A DNA stretch of 64,000 bases, from assembly GCA_036172245.1 (NCBI GenBank), contig JAYWIR010000010.1:806001-870000 (forward strand). The letters are read 5' to 3'. The number at the start of each line of letters is the position of its first letter. Positions within the stretch are counted from its first letter, which is position 1. Shown here one piece after another: positions 24,732 to 35,315 of this stretch. Under the pieces are notes generated by a model that searched no databases, was not told the DNA's origin, and saw nothing but the letters and a program-made list of their open reading frames with translations. This DNA comes from Raillietiella orientalis. Its lineage: Eukaryota. The translations under genes and the position numbers were made by a program.

Positions 24732-27029
24732 CAACGTGCGTTTCGAAGCAGCCCAAAGGAAAGCGTATGGGAACGCGAGTTCTGTTCTTCCGCTTTCTTT
24801 TCCATGGCAGCATCGTTGTAGGGCTGGTCGTCGGCTCACCTCCGGTCGATGCTGGGGCGAAGGTCCTCTCTTCCGTCTTTTCCTCGCAGGTCGGAAGGTA
24901 CGACACGGGTTCTTTCGTGAGCTGCAGGCTGGAAGCCGGTCAGAACGCTCTTCTTGCTCTGGCCTCATCCGTCGCCTCCGGTTGCAGGAACCGGAAGCAC
25001 GGGATGTTATTGCGCTTCGAGGTTTCTGCCTTCGAGCCATCCGGACGGCGACGCCCTGTTCGGCGCAGGATGGGCACTTTGAAGGGGAGAAGTGATTGCT
25101 TGAAAGCTCTCTGGAAGGCCACGAGGAGGTGCGTTTTCAAAGGCGCGAACTTCGCCGGAAGGAATGCCGACCGTCGACGTCCAGACGAAGACTCCGGGTC
25201 TCGAGCTAGGTCAGTCACCGAACACGGTCACCCTCCCCTACGACCGCAGATGCCCTCCCCGTCCTGATTAGTGCAGACAGGCACCGGCGAGGCCAAGAAG
25301 CAAGCAGGCACAGCTTCTGCGCTCGAATCCCTTTGAGTGCCCCAGCAGCAACCCCCACCTTCAAAGCGATCACGGGGCTCCCTAGATCGAATCCTCCACG
25401 TCCTGCATCTTCGCGGTTGAGTCGCGAGGGCTGCAGGAAAACGTCAGGGATGTGCAGCAGCACCTGTGCGTGCGGCTCGGAGGAGAGGTGGCCGCCAGCG
25501 CCGCGCGTCCCGTTCTCTCTTGGACTTCAGGGATGGACGGAGGGTAGGCAGGGATGGCGTTCGGAACAGCCGCCGCATCCGCTGCGTGCCGGCTGCCCCG
25601 CTCGGCGGCGCGTAACCCGACCTCCCGACTAATCCTTGCTCCAGATCCCACTACTTCCCACGAAATGGGTTGCCAACAGGGTGCTGCGCTCATTAGCGAT
25701 GGGAAAACAAAGGGAGTAATGCGACCTGCGCGGAGGAAAGCCACGTCTCAGCATGTTGTGAAGTTCCGTTCGGCGAACCCAACACTCGGCGCTGGAAGGC
25801 CGCACGCTTCCTTAGGTGGTCTCGTTTTCTTCGCCTCCGCGTTGACGGAGTGGAGGTCGCGGGTTGCCCGGCGATTGCCTGCAGCACCAAGCGAAGCGGC
25901 AGCTGCTGCTCCCGAGCGCCTCCGTGATGTAAACCTCGCCTTTGCGCGCCTCGTTTTATCAGACGGAAGAGCGTCGTCGTCGATACGGCAATATCTCTTG
26001 ACAAGATCCCGTTGTCGGGAAGCGACCCTTTGAGCCTTCCGAGCCGGCGGCTAGCGGATCCGCCTTGCCGCACTGCCTTTCCCGGAGGGCCGCGAGTCGA
26101 ACCCCACAGGATCCGGGCGCGCGCGCGCTCCTGGCAAAGAGCTTCCCTCTCACGCCTCCCGATAGGCAGGTCGGGTGACGTCCGGCCACAGGTGGCACCA
26201 CGCAGCGGATACCAGAGGAATCGCCTCGCTGGGCCATCGGGCCGCACTGCCCACTCTGTCCTCTGAGCCAAATGGCGCTCCGCCCAGCAGGGCTGCCCCG
26301 GTTCTTTGTTGGCGCCACCCGCTCGAGATTTCCGGTTGCTTCCCGAGCGATCGAAGGAAAGCAATGTTGCCAGAATTTTCAACCGGCTAATTAGGAAAAC
26401 CGCGGGGGGGTTTCCCACCTCTCAACGGGGAACAACACGGCTCTGTGATCGGAGGCAGCGACCGAAGGTTCTTCTCTGAAGCTCGCGCGGCTCATCGAAA
26501 CTTCCCGAGGGGATTTCGACCATTCCTTCCTCCGAGAAGGCCTCCTCCCTGCCTTCGCTCCATACAGCAAGCCGCCGCCTTCCCGGCTCACTGGGGCCGC
26601 CCCTGGAACGCGGCCACGCAGCCGCACGGGCGCCCTTCAAGGGAGGCGCGCGCACCTTCCTCCCAGTGTGGAGCCACTCTTTTCCCCGCATGCGAGACGC
26701 CTTTCGCTGAGGAAGCGTCGGTGAGGACGCTAACGGCGCGATGGCGTGCGCCAGATGCAAGCGGGGTGGTCACTCCTCTACGCACGTGTTCCAGAAGGCT
26801 GTGGCGGGGCAGTGCGGCTTCCCGGAGATGCCCCGCGCAGTAGGAGACAGCTCACTGCTTCCCGTCCAGCAGTCTCCGGTCCTCTCCAGTCATCTGCAAG
26901 CAGCAGTGCCGGCATCCAGAATGGGCAGCGGAGCGGGGAACTGAGGCCTAAGGTAGCCGCCGCTCCCAACCGCTGTTGCACTCATGAGGCCACCTGCGAG
27001 AAACGGTAGCATCCAATATGAAAGTGGAT

Positions 27030-27210
27030 GGCGTCCTCCTCCTCCTCCCTTTCTCTCGCTTCCTTCCTCATTCCTCCCTTTCTCCTTGACCTCTTCCTAC
27101 TCTCGTTTCTCCCTCCTTCCCTCCCATTCCCCTCCTCCTCCCTTGGCTTTCTCCTCCTCCTCTTCCTCTTTGCCCACCCTTCCTCCTTCCTCCCCCTTCC
27201 CTTCCACCTC
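27030..27210 (+). repeat. Polypyrimidine (CCT/CTT) tract
   Basis: Directly visible. Confidence 0.9.
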
Positions 27211-27289
27211 CACAGTCTTGGAGCGGCTCCGAGTTGCAGAGTAGCGCCTCTGAGAGGGATCTCTGCGGCGAGCGGGGTCGCCGGGCCAG

Positions 27290-27505
27290 GTCGCTGCCGG
27301 TGAGCAACGACAGTCCTGTTCCTCTCTCAAGCGATGCCAACCCTCGGGCATCCTCCGTACTCGCTGTGGAATCGGCTGGTCCAAATCCCCCATCTCTTTA
27401 TTTATACATGGACCCCTCCCTCCACTCCCCAGTGCTGCGCCCAGTGAGGTCCCGACCCTCTCGTCTGGAAGAGTCACTTGCCTGCCCCTTGCACATCGCA
27501 TCTCC
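27290..27505 (+). repeat. Dispersed repeat C, copy 1
   Basis: NDSPVPLSSDANPRASSVLAVES..SPVLR..CPLHIAS aligns with NDGAPIPLSSNADPRASSVVAVEP..SPVLR..CPLRIAS on the minus strand at 49855-50075. Confidence 0.85.
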
Positions 27506-27519
27506 ACATTTATTTATTT

Positions 27520-27900
27520 CCCGCTTCCTTCGAGTGAATGAATGGACTTTCAGAGTTCGTGGAAGCGCGGGGTGTGTTGGGATGTGTCCACCGCTCCCGC
27601 AGCATCTTCCCCATGTACCGAGGCTCGGTGCTGGCATCTGCAGTCTCTTCATCCGGAGAAGCTTGGTCGCTTGCCTTTCGGGCTCAGCTCCGCTCCTTTC
27701 CGCATTCGCGCAGTCCTGCTGCTCTCCCGTGGCAAGGTCGACTCGGAGCGCCCCATGCAGGAGTCCAGAGAGGTTCGACACCGCGCCCCCGAGCTCGTCA
27801 CCCGACTCCCGAGCCGCGACCTGTCTCGTGACAGCCTCCCCGCCTGCGGCGGCGTTCCGTCGCTCCCTCGCCCCCAGGGTGCGCGGATGGCGGCGCTCCG
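27520..27900 (-). mobile_element. Possible LINE ORF1 (gag-like) remnant
   Basis: LGGAVSNLSGLLHGALRVDLATGEQ resembles I-clade ORF1 (G.V..VK.LRSG.LLVE....Q); GRCCGSGGH may be a decayed zinc knuckle. Confidence 0.3.
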
Positions 27901-28359
27901 AGGCCGGTCGTCGGCGGAGACGCGGGTCGCGAGGAGGCTGCTCCTCATCAACCTCCTTCCTTTCGCATCTCGGACCGGCAGCTGCTCCCTCCGAATCTTC
28001 CAGAGGAACCGCGCGCGCTCCGCTTGCTCTCCCGCAGCCGGCGCGGCAGGTCCGCCCGGCAGGGACTTCCAGGGCGAGCGGCTCGCCGCATGGGGCTCCG
28101 CGGAGAGCGAGTCGGCGAGACGTCCACGCCCTGCACCAAGTACGGTGAGCGCGAGCTCCCCTTCCTCCCCTCATACTACCTGCCTGACCCTTTTAGCTGC
28201 TCGTCGCACCCTCTCCTTCGGCCCTGTCACGTGTGGCGCTCGCGCGCAACTGTGAGGGGACGACGACGACGACGACCCTTCGGAGATGCACGGAGGGGCC
28301 GGCGGTGGCCGGCTGATCGCCACGGATGCGCCTCCCCGTCCCGACCCGCTTGCCCCTCA

Positions 28360-28710
28360 GTAATCATCGTCATCGTCATCGTCATCGCCTCCATCAGTCT
28401 TCCACTACTACTCGTTCTGACCGTCGCTACCACGACGAGAAGCGTCACAGTCGTCAGTCGTCACGACGATCAAGCATCACAGGCGCAGGATCACGATGAT
28501 CGCCTATCGCCATGGTCACCGATCTCCTCAGGCAACGAACCTCGCGGCTACTCATCGCCGTGGAGGCAGCCAATCTCCACGGTGATTCGTCGCCGTGAGC
28601 ACTGATCTCCACAGCGGCCGATCGCCGTGGTGACGAATCACCACCATGGCGACCCGGCCGCCAGACAGCAACCTTTACCAGTCAGCAGCGCCGCCACTGG
28701 TCATTGTCAC
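28360..28710 (+). repeat. Degenerate (CAT/CGT/CAC) trinucleotide tract
   Basis: aatcatcgtcatcgtcatcgtcatcgcc... with 3-nt periodicity. Confidence 0.75.
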
Positions 28711-29405
28711 CAGGAGACCAGCAGGGAACGCCTCCCCAGCACGAGAGGCTCCCTAGCCAACGAAGACCGCGGGCAGCTCCCTCCTGGAGAAAGTCCGCGC
28801 GGCCTTCTCTGCCGCAGTCCTCGAGTTCGCCGGCCCCTGGGGCAAGGCAGCTCTCCTCCAGCGCGAGGTCACCGGAGGATGGGGGCTGAGTCACTTGCTG
28901 GATCGAGGGCACCTCCTCCCTCCCTCTCCGCGCCTTGCAGCTTCCTCTCCCTGGGGGTTCCGAACCCTCCTGCCGCAAGCGTTGACGTCCTCGCCATCGC
29001 GAGGGAGGAGGACCGCAGGAGAGAGGCGAGAAGAGGGCGAGGAGGGGACGAAAGGCGCAGCGGTACGCGCGCGCGCCCTTCCTCGGCGTCTGCCCTTGCG
29101 GATCCCCGTTGCTCGACAACACGTCTCCTTGCACCCCGCCTCCCAGCCGCGCGGTGACCGCCTGAGCTCCCCTGCCGGGTCGGCCCGTGCGCGCGCCCTC
29201 CGGGAGCGTCCAGGTGTCCAGGTTCCCCGAGGGACGGCGGCCTCAAGCGGGAGGGCGCGCGCGCGTCCCTGGGGGCAAAAGGGACGAGAAAGTAAGGGGG
29301 AGAAGGGAGGTCCGGGACTGACCGGTACGAGAGCCGAATCCCGTTCCCAAGGGCTGACGAGGGGCCGGGATGTGCGCCCGGAATCTTTCTGCTCCCTTTG
29401 CATCC

Positions 29406-29411
29406 TTTATT
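29406..29411 (-). terminator. Polyadenylation signal of the NK3 gene
   Basis: AATAAA on the minus strand ~175 nt after the stop codon, in otherwise very GC-rich sequence. Confidence 0.6.
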
Positions 29412-29584
29412 TCCACAGAGCTGCTGCTCGGAGAGGTGTGTGGCGGGGGTCGGAGATGGCTTGCCCGCCCCCACTCTCCGGCTCAGCCTCGAACGGGGGC
29501 CGTGCGGACGCGGGGAGACCGCCGTCGCTGCCGCAGGCACGCCCGTGAGTGGGGGTCGATCGGTCGGCTTCTCCTGGACGGAGG

Positions 29585-30159
29585 TCACTTCTTCTGAAAG
29601 GGTTCGTCGCCGCAGCAGCCTGCTTGCCTGTGCTCGTGCTTCGGTGCCGCTCCGGGGAGCAGGGCGGAGCCGGGGTGGAAGTAGGGGTAGAGGAAGCAGT
29701 AAGCGAGCGGGTAGGCGGCTGCTGCGGCTGCAGCGGCTGCTGAGGAGGAGGCGGTGGCGGCTGCGGAGGAGGAGGAAGAGGAGGAGGGGCCTCGGCACGG
29801 CCCCTGTCCAGCGGCCTTGGCCATGCCACCGCTGGGCTCGGCGGCGGCGGCGGCGGCGGCAGCGGTCGCAGCCTCCCTCATCATGGACCTGCGTTTGGTC
29901 TTGTACCTGCGGTTCTGGAACCAGATCTTCACTTGCGTCTCCGTCAGCCGGAGGGCCCTGGCCAGGTCGGCGCGCTCGGCGGCCGATAGGTAGCGCTGTC
30001 TGCAGAAGCGGCGCTCCAGCTCGAAGACCTGCGAGTGCGAGAAGGCGGCCCGGGAGCGCTTCCTGTGCTGCCTCTCCGCCCGGTAGCGCGGGGGGGAGGA
30101 AGAGGAGGAGGAGGAAGCGGGCGTGGAGCTGGACACGGCCTCGCTGCTGCTGCCGCCGT
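29585..30159 (-). CDS. bap: NK3/bagpipe homeobox protein, last coding exon
   Basis: Homeodomain 30064-29885 [60 protein letters not shown] has the NK3 RSRAAFSH arm and Y54; Tyr-rich tail [12 protein letters not shown]. An in-frame TAG at 30214-30212 requires splicing; acceptor ttgtcttccAG (30161-30160) gives a phase-1 exon start. TGA at 29587-29585. Confidence 0.95.
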
Positions 30160-32659
30160 CTGGAAGACAATCCCGTTGTAGGCGCGCGGTGACCCGCCAG
30201 AGGTCCCCCCGCTATCCCAGCGGCCCGGAGCGCCTCCGGGAAGTCGCTGCCGTCGCTTCGCAGCATCTCAGGAGACCTGGACCAGCAATCTCCTCCAGAG
30301 AAGAGGGGGGAGCTCCCACGTTTTCTCTTCTCCTCCTCCTTCTGTTGCTGCTGCTCTTGAGGCCTCCCGGACGCTTCGCTTTCTCGCTTCCCCCCCCCCC
30401 CCCGCCTCAGGCGTAGGGCGCACGGTCGTGCGCCTCCGGAGCGCCGAAAGAGAGCAGCCGCACACGAGCCGTCAGAAGAAAGGGAAAAGAAGAAACGGAA
30501 GGTCCCTCTCTAGCGTCCGAATTCGGGAGGGCGTCCAGTCGGCCACCGCCGCCGGGGCGCGCCGCGCGGTCAGGGTCGCCCCTCCTCTTCTCAAGACGGT
30601 GAGAGAGCGGAACGGGTATGTGTCCTGGAGGAGGGGCGAGGAGGCTGTGGCCACGAGTCGTCGCGCGACGCGGGCGGATGGGGTCGCGAAATTCCTGGAC
30701 TCGGGAGCTTCCGGATAGGTCGCTAGGTGACCGCTCGCCCCAGCCTCCAGGCGGCGGCGGCCTCCCTCTCAGAGGATCTTCCCACCCGTGCTGCATCCCG
30801 GAAGACTCGCCCTGACCCTCTCTCCTTCGCTCAGACCGTTCCCTCTCCCCACACGCCTCGCGTCGGAGGGAAACTTCCTGCCTTCACGCGCCCAATCAGA
30901 GCGACAGTCCCCGCTCGCTCGCACCTTCCTACGACCAATCCCCAGCAAAGCAGTTGGACTCGTCTCCTCCTCCATGCGCCACGGGAATCCCGGTCACCCT
31001 TCCGACGCCTCAACTGGCACCCTTTGTGCCGTTTCCGGGGCGCTCTTCCACCCTCGAACGGGAGAAGGAAGGAAGAAAAAGCAAACAACGAAGCGACGGC
31101 CCTACTGTTTCCCCATCGGTGCCCCATCCCCCTCTCGAGCCTTCGTGCGCCCCGTATTTGTCGTAGGGCGCTCGAGCCATCCTCCTCGCCTTCCTGCACA
31201 TGAGCAGAGCTCTATGGATACCGACCGGGGACTCCTACCCGTTCTTTCATGCTCGCTCTTTCCTGCTGCCCCGCACTCCCGCGCCGTGTTGACCCCTGCG
31301 GCTCGCAGGAAGACACCACCTTCGTGGGTCCAACCGTCCGCCCCCGCTTCTTGTTTTTCTGCCCTTGATGCAAGACGAAGAGAGGCGGTAGGGCGGTCGG
31401 AAGAGGGTTGGAGAGCGGGAAGTCCTGCGGATGAGGGCGATAAGCCTGCGTGGAGGCGCCGGACAAGACCGCAAGATGGCCTCTGGGCCTCTGGGCCGTG
31501 GGGTCCGTTGCGGCGGCAGCCCGATGCAAATCCCTTGGGGGCAGAACGTCGGAAAAGTCGAACCATCGGAGGAACGACCCCTTGGAAGGTGACCGGACTC
31601 GGAAGATGGGCGGCGGCAGGGACGGGCGCCCGTCCGCCGGCGGTCTCCTTCCACCTCGGCGAAGACGCTCCGCGGCCCCTGGGTCCATCGCGACTTGGCG
31701 CGGCACACGCGCGAAGATGGCGCAGCGATGGCTAAGCAGCCATCCCCTCTCGGAACTCCCGACCGCACGGGATTCCGGGGGTTCCGCGCGTCGTCCCCAG
31801 CGCGCCGCTTCCGCAGGAGTGGCTCTCGCCTCTTCCGACTCCGAAAGGTGGGCGCTGGGATCTTCCTCCTCTTCGACCTGTGGGAAGGAGGAGGGGTGGC
31901 ACGTCCACCGCGCGCGCGTTCCGACGCCCAGGTGGTGGCCCCGAGTGGTGGACTCCCGGAGCGAAGATGTCCTTGGAAACGCGGGGGGAGAGGGGGGACG
32001 AACAAACGGACCCGTGCGCAGGAGCGGAAGCCGCGCAGCATGATGGCGGCAACCCGCGCAATTCCCGCGTCGGCCGAAGACGCCCAACCACGCTCAAGGC
32101 GGGGGCTCTTTGGACCCGCACTCGCAGGCGACGCGAGGTGTGGCCCGAAAGGGCACCACCTTCGCCGCTACCCCACCGCTGCAGTCTGCCGTTCCTCCTT
32201 CAAACGGACGAACGACAGCAATTTGGGGGGTTTCCGAGCCCAAATGGGCCTGCTCGTCCCTAAGCAGCGAAGCGTCCTTCGGGACGCCTTCCGCTGGCGT
32301 ACGGCCGCACCCCTTCTCTTCGGGCACCCAACTGCATGGCAACTCGGTCGTCCATTTCTGTCCTCCCTCTTTCCCGATTACGACGCCCCTGTGGCGCGTT
32401 TCAGGTCTTCGCCCCTCCCTCCTGCTCTGCCGGGCAGCGGCCACGCTTTCGGAGAAGGGGAACCTCCGCTCTCCTGTCCGTCCGCTCCTACTGGAAGAAT
32501 CCTGAAGGACTTTCTGAAACGGGCGACCCTCTCCTTCCTCGTATCGGGCGCGGCCTGCCCGGAAAGCGACGTCGCGGAAGTTCGGCTCGATTTAGGAGGA
32601 GGAAGAAGGGGGGAGTCCTCTGACGGGAGGAGCTGGGCCCCGCTGACCAAAGGGAGGGG

Positions 32660-33050
32660 GGCGAAGAGAAGTCTTGGTCAGCCGGTGAGGACTGGGAGCT
32701 GCCGTGCCGGAGAGGCGGTTTCCAGACGGGAGGGGCGCTCCCTCTCAACCAGCGATCGGCGGGAACTGACAGGTGAGACGAGAGGACGCGGAGTGCCACG
32801 CCCAAGCACGCTGGGAAGTGTTGTGGTCAGACAGCGGGTCAGCGAGCGCACGGTAAAGACGACGCGCGAGCGGAGGCCACTCTCGGAGGAAGGTGCGTCC
32901 GAGATGAAGAGGGGGGAGGGGGTGCGTCTCCGAGGAGCGTTGCGCCGTAAGAGCGAATCCCGGGAGGTCACCTGGAGAGCCTTGGGAAGCCTGAGAGAAC
33001 CTGAATCAGTCGTGCGATGGCCGATGACGACCAAGACGCGCTGACTCCGC
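32660..33050 (+). mobile_element. Possible decayed non-LTR reverse transcriptase
   Basis: Colinear traces QP..GF..GRS..D, VKT..SE..KRG.GVR and NLNQ..MADD across frames; weak. Confidence 0.3.
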
Positions 33051-34422
33051 TCTCGTCGAAGCAGCAGCTCGGCGCTCCCCTCATCCCGCCCCGCCCCCGC
33101 CGAGAGTATCATCGAGGATGGCGCTGCCCGTCCCCTGGAGGCGAGACGCGTCCCGAAGTCTCATGCAGACAAAAGCGGTGACCGTTGGCTGAGAATGGTG
33201 CCCACGCCGAAGCAGCAGTCGCATGCAGGCCACTCGGACGCACCCTCACCAAGCATTCCGGACGCGCCTCACGTTTCCTTGACAACGGGGGAGGTGGGAG
33301 AGTCGACCTGTCGGGGCACGGGTGCAGGTTCCGTAGTCAGCAGCAGGTGTGAAAAGACTGGGCTAGATCATAACGAGCTCCTGTAGCCCTCCGTGCGCCA
33401 GTTGCAGCGAGCCACCACCTCCACCACCACAACTTCCTCTTCGAGCTTCGGAGGGCCACGGAAGGGCACGCGCGGGACTCAGGGCGCTCTCGTCCCTTCC
33501 TCGAGTGGGGGTGGAGGTGCGGTGGGACTTCCTCCAGAAAGTCGCAGCGCATCCCTCGCAGCAGCCACACGGGGTGGCACTTGATCCACGCGCGTACTCG
33601 TCCTCCGAGCGATCCTTGCCGTCGCCATACAGAGGAATTCCCTCCCCATTCGCCGCTGGCCGTTCTCCTCCCTCCCTCCTCGCGGGAACACACATCCGAG
33701 TCGGCGCTGGGCTCTCGAAGGATTTCTGTGGATGAATTCTCTAGGTGACCTTGACCTCTGCGACGACCGATACAAAGCCCGTGGTTGGTTCGCAGTCGGC
33801 GCCGCTAGCTAGACAGCGAGGCCGGTGATGACTTCAAAGAGGTCTCCGCTCTGCCGCTTCCCCCCTTCCGTGATGCAAGAGGGGAGCCACCAGCCGCCGC
33901 CCTGCGCACCAGAGGGTGGTTCGTCTGCAAGTGCTGGAGGGAGATGGGAAGCCGCCTTCCCGCGCGGCGGAGGTCCCGACGGGCGGTGCGGCAAAGCAAA
34001 AGGTTAAGAGATGGCCGGAAGTCCATTCTTCACCCCAACCACTCCCTCCACTTGAGGAAGAGAAAGAGAGAGAGAGGGGGGGGGAGTAAGAAAAAAAAGA
34101 AAAGAAAAATCACAACGAATGCTTGGTGGAATGGCCACCACGAATTCCAGCCGGCGCGTTCTGGAAGCCACCGAGCGGGGCTTCCGGATAACAAACGAGC
34201 AGGAAAAACATCCACCTGACCACCACCAGTCGCGCACTCTCCCGCTCTCTGATTTGCCTCGATTTGATTCAAAGCCACCTCATGACCCTCGTGTGGCCTC
34301 GCGCCCTGCTTTTACCAGGTTCGGGAATCCGCGGGAACCAAAGCAAGAGCACGTGGTTCCTTCGCAGGAACCAAGGCGGAGCTGCAGCTCCTCCTTCCGA
34401 AAAGACAAAAAAGAGAGAGGGG

Positions 34423-34428
<6 letters not shown>

Positions 34429-34465
<37 letters not shown>
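34429..34465 (+). repeat. (GA)n microsatellite, ~18 units
   Basis: Directly visible. Confidence 0.95.
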
Positions 34466-34467
<2 letters not shown>

Positions 34468-35112
34468 ATGGATACTTCGTAGAGAGCAAGGCGTCTCGGC
34501 GGCGGCACCTGCGAGACAGTACGGCTGAGAGTTCACTTTCGATTGGCTGGGAAAGAGCGTCGGAAGAAGTAGGCGCCTGGAGGGCTCGAACCAACCTCCT
34601 TGGTGGCGACCGGGCGAGGGCAGCCGCCCTCAACCTGTACGTGGGTGAGCCTCCGCTGGATGGGGAAACCGGGCTGTTGCTACGCTTCCGATCTGCTGCC
34701 TGACTGCGTAGAGAGTTTCGGACTTGAACGAAGATGGGCATCGCGTTTTCCCCGAACAGAGAACCGTGCAGCAGCAACCACAACCACAAGTGCACGTTTT
34801 CTGGTACCGAGCAGGCGTTCCTTTCCTTTGGGGCAGGACTTTTGGGAGGGGGGAACCTGTGCGCTTCCAAAGGGAACCCCAAACGCACACGCGTCCGCTC
34901 ACCTTTTCAGAGGTGCAAATGCCTAAAAGGGAAAATGGTAGATCTTCTTTGCCAAACTTTCTCCGGCGGACTGCTCCAGCATCGCGTCTGTCTGTAATCT
35001 CTCTCTTCTCTGAGCGAGGGTTTCCCATCTTTCTTGCTCCTTCGCTCGAAACTTCGGCTGAGGACTGCTCTTTCCACCATTACTTTGGCGAATTGCCGCG
35101 CGGTGTCTTTAC

Positions 35113-35315
35113 CAAGTGCACAGTACAATGAGAGCTTATTTACAGAGGCAAAAGAGCGTGCCTCAACACTCAGAAAGTTCTCTGGTTTCCAATAAATTGG
35201 CGCCGGCCTTTTTCTTCGCGAAAGCAGAGAAGCAAAAGTGCCGTTCCGAGTTCCAGCCCGATTTGGGTTCGCAACTTATTCTTCCTTGCTGCCGTGTGAG
35301 AGGCGGAATTAAGTG
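35113..35315. promoter_or_regulatory. Candidate enhancer (NK, forkhead and Smad-type motifs)
   Basis: CAAGTG 35113, TATTTAC 35137, CCAATAAA 35189, GGCGCC 35199 and TTAAGTG 35309 within ~200 bp of locally AT-richer sequence. Confidence 0.3.

Noticed and set aside
28869..30266. 465-aa alternative-frame ORF overlapping the bagpipe exon
   Set aside because: Shadow ORF of GC-rich codons; low complexity, no domain.
31320..32121. Proximal bap exon-1 candidates (FDFSDVL after ATG 31688; SPRVSKDIF)
   Set aside because: Poor eh1 matches; the first has only phase-0 donors that I could see and the second has no ATG. Not excluded without transcripts.
33578..34055. Two perfect Tinman sites (CACTTGA at 33578 and 34049)
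   Set aside because: Isolated 7-mers in probable TE-derived sequence; expected by chance.
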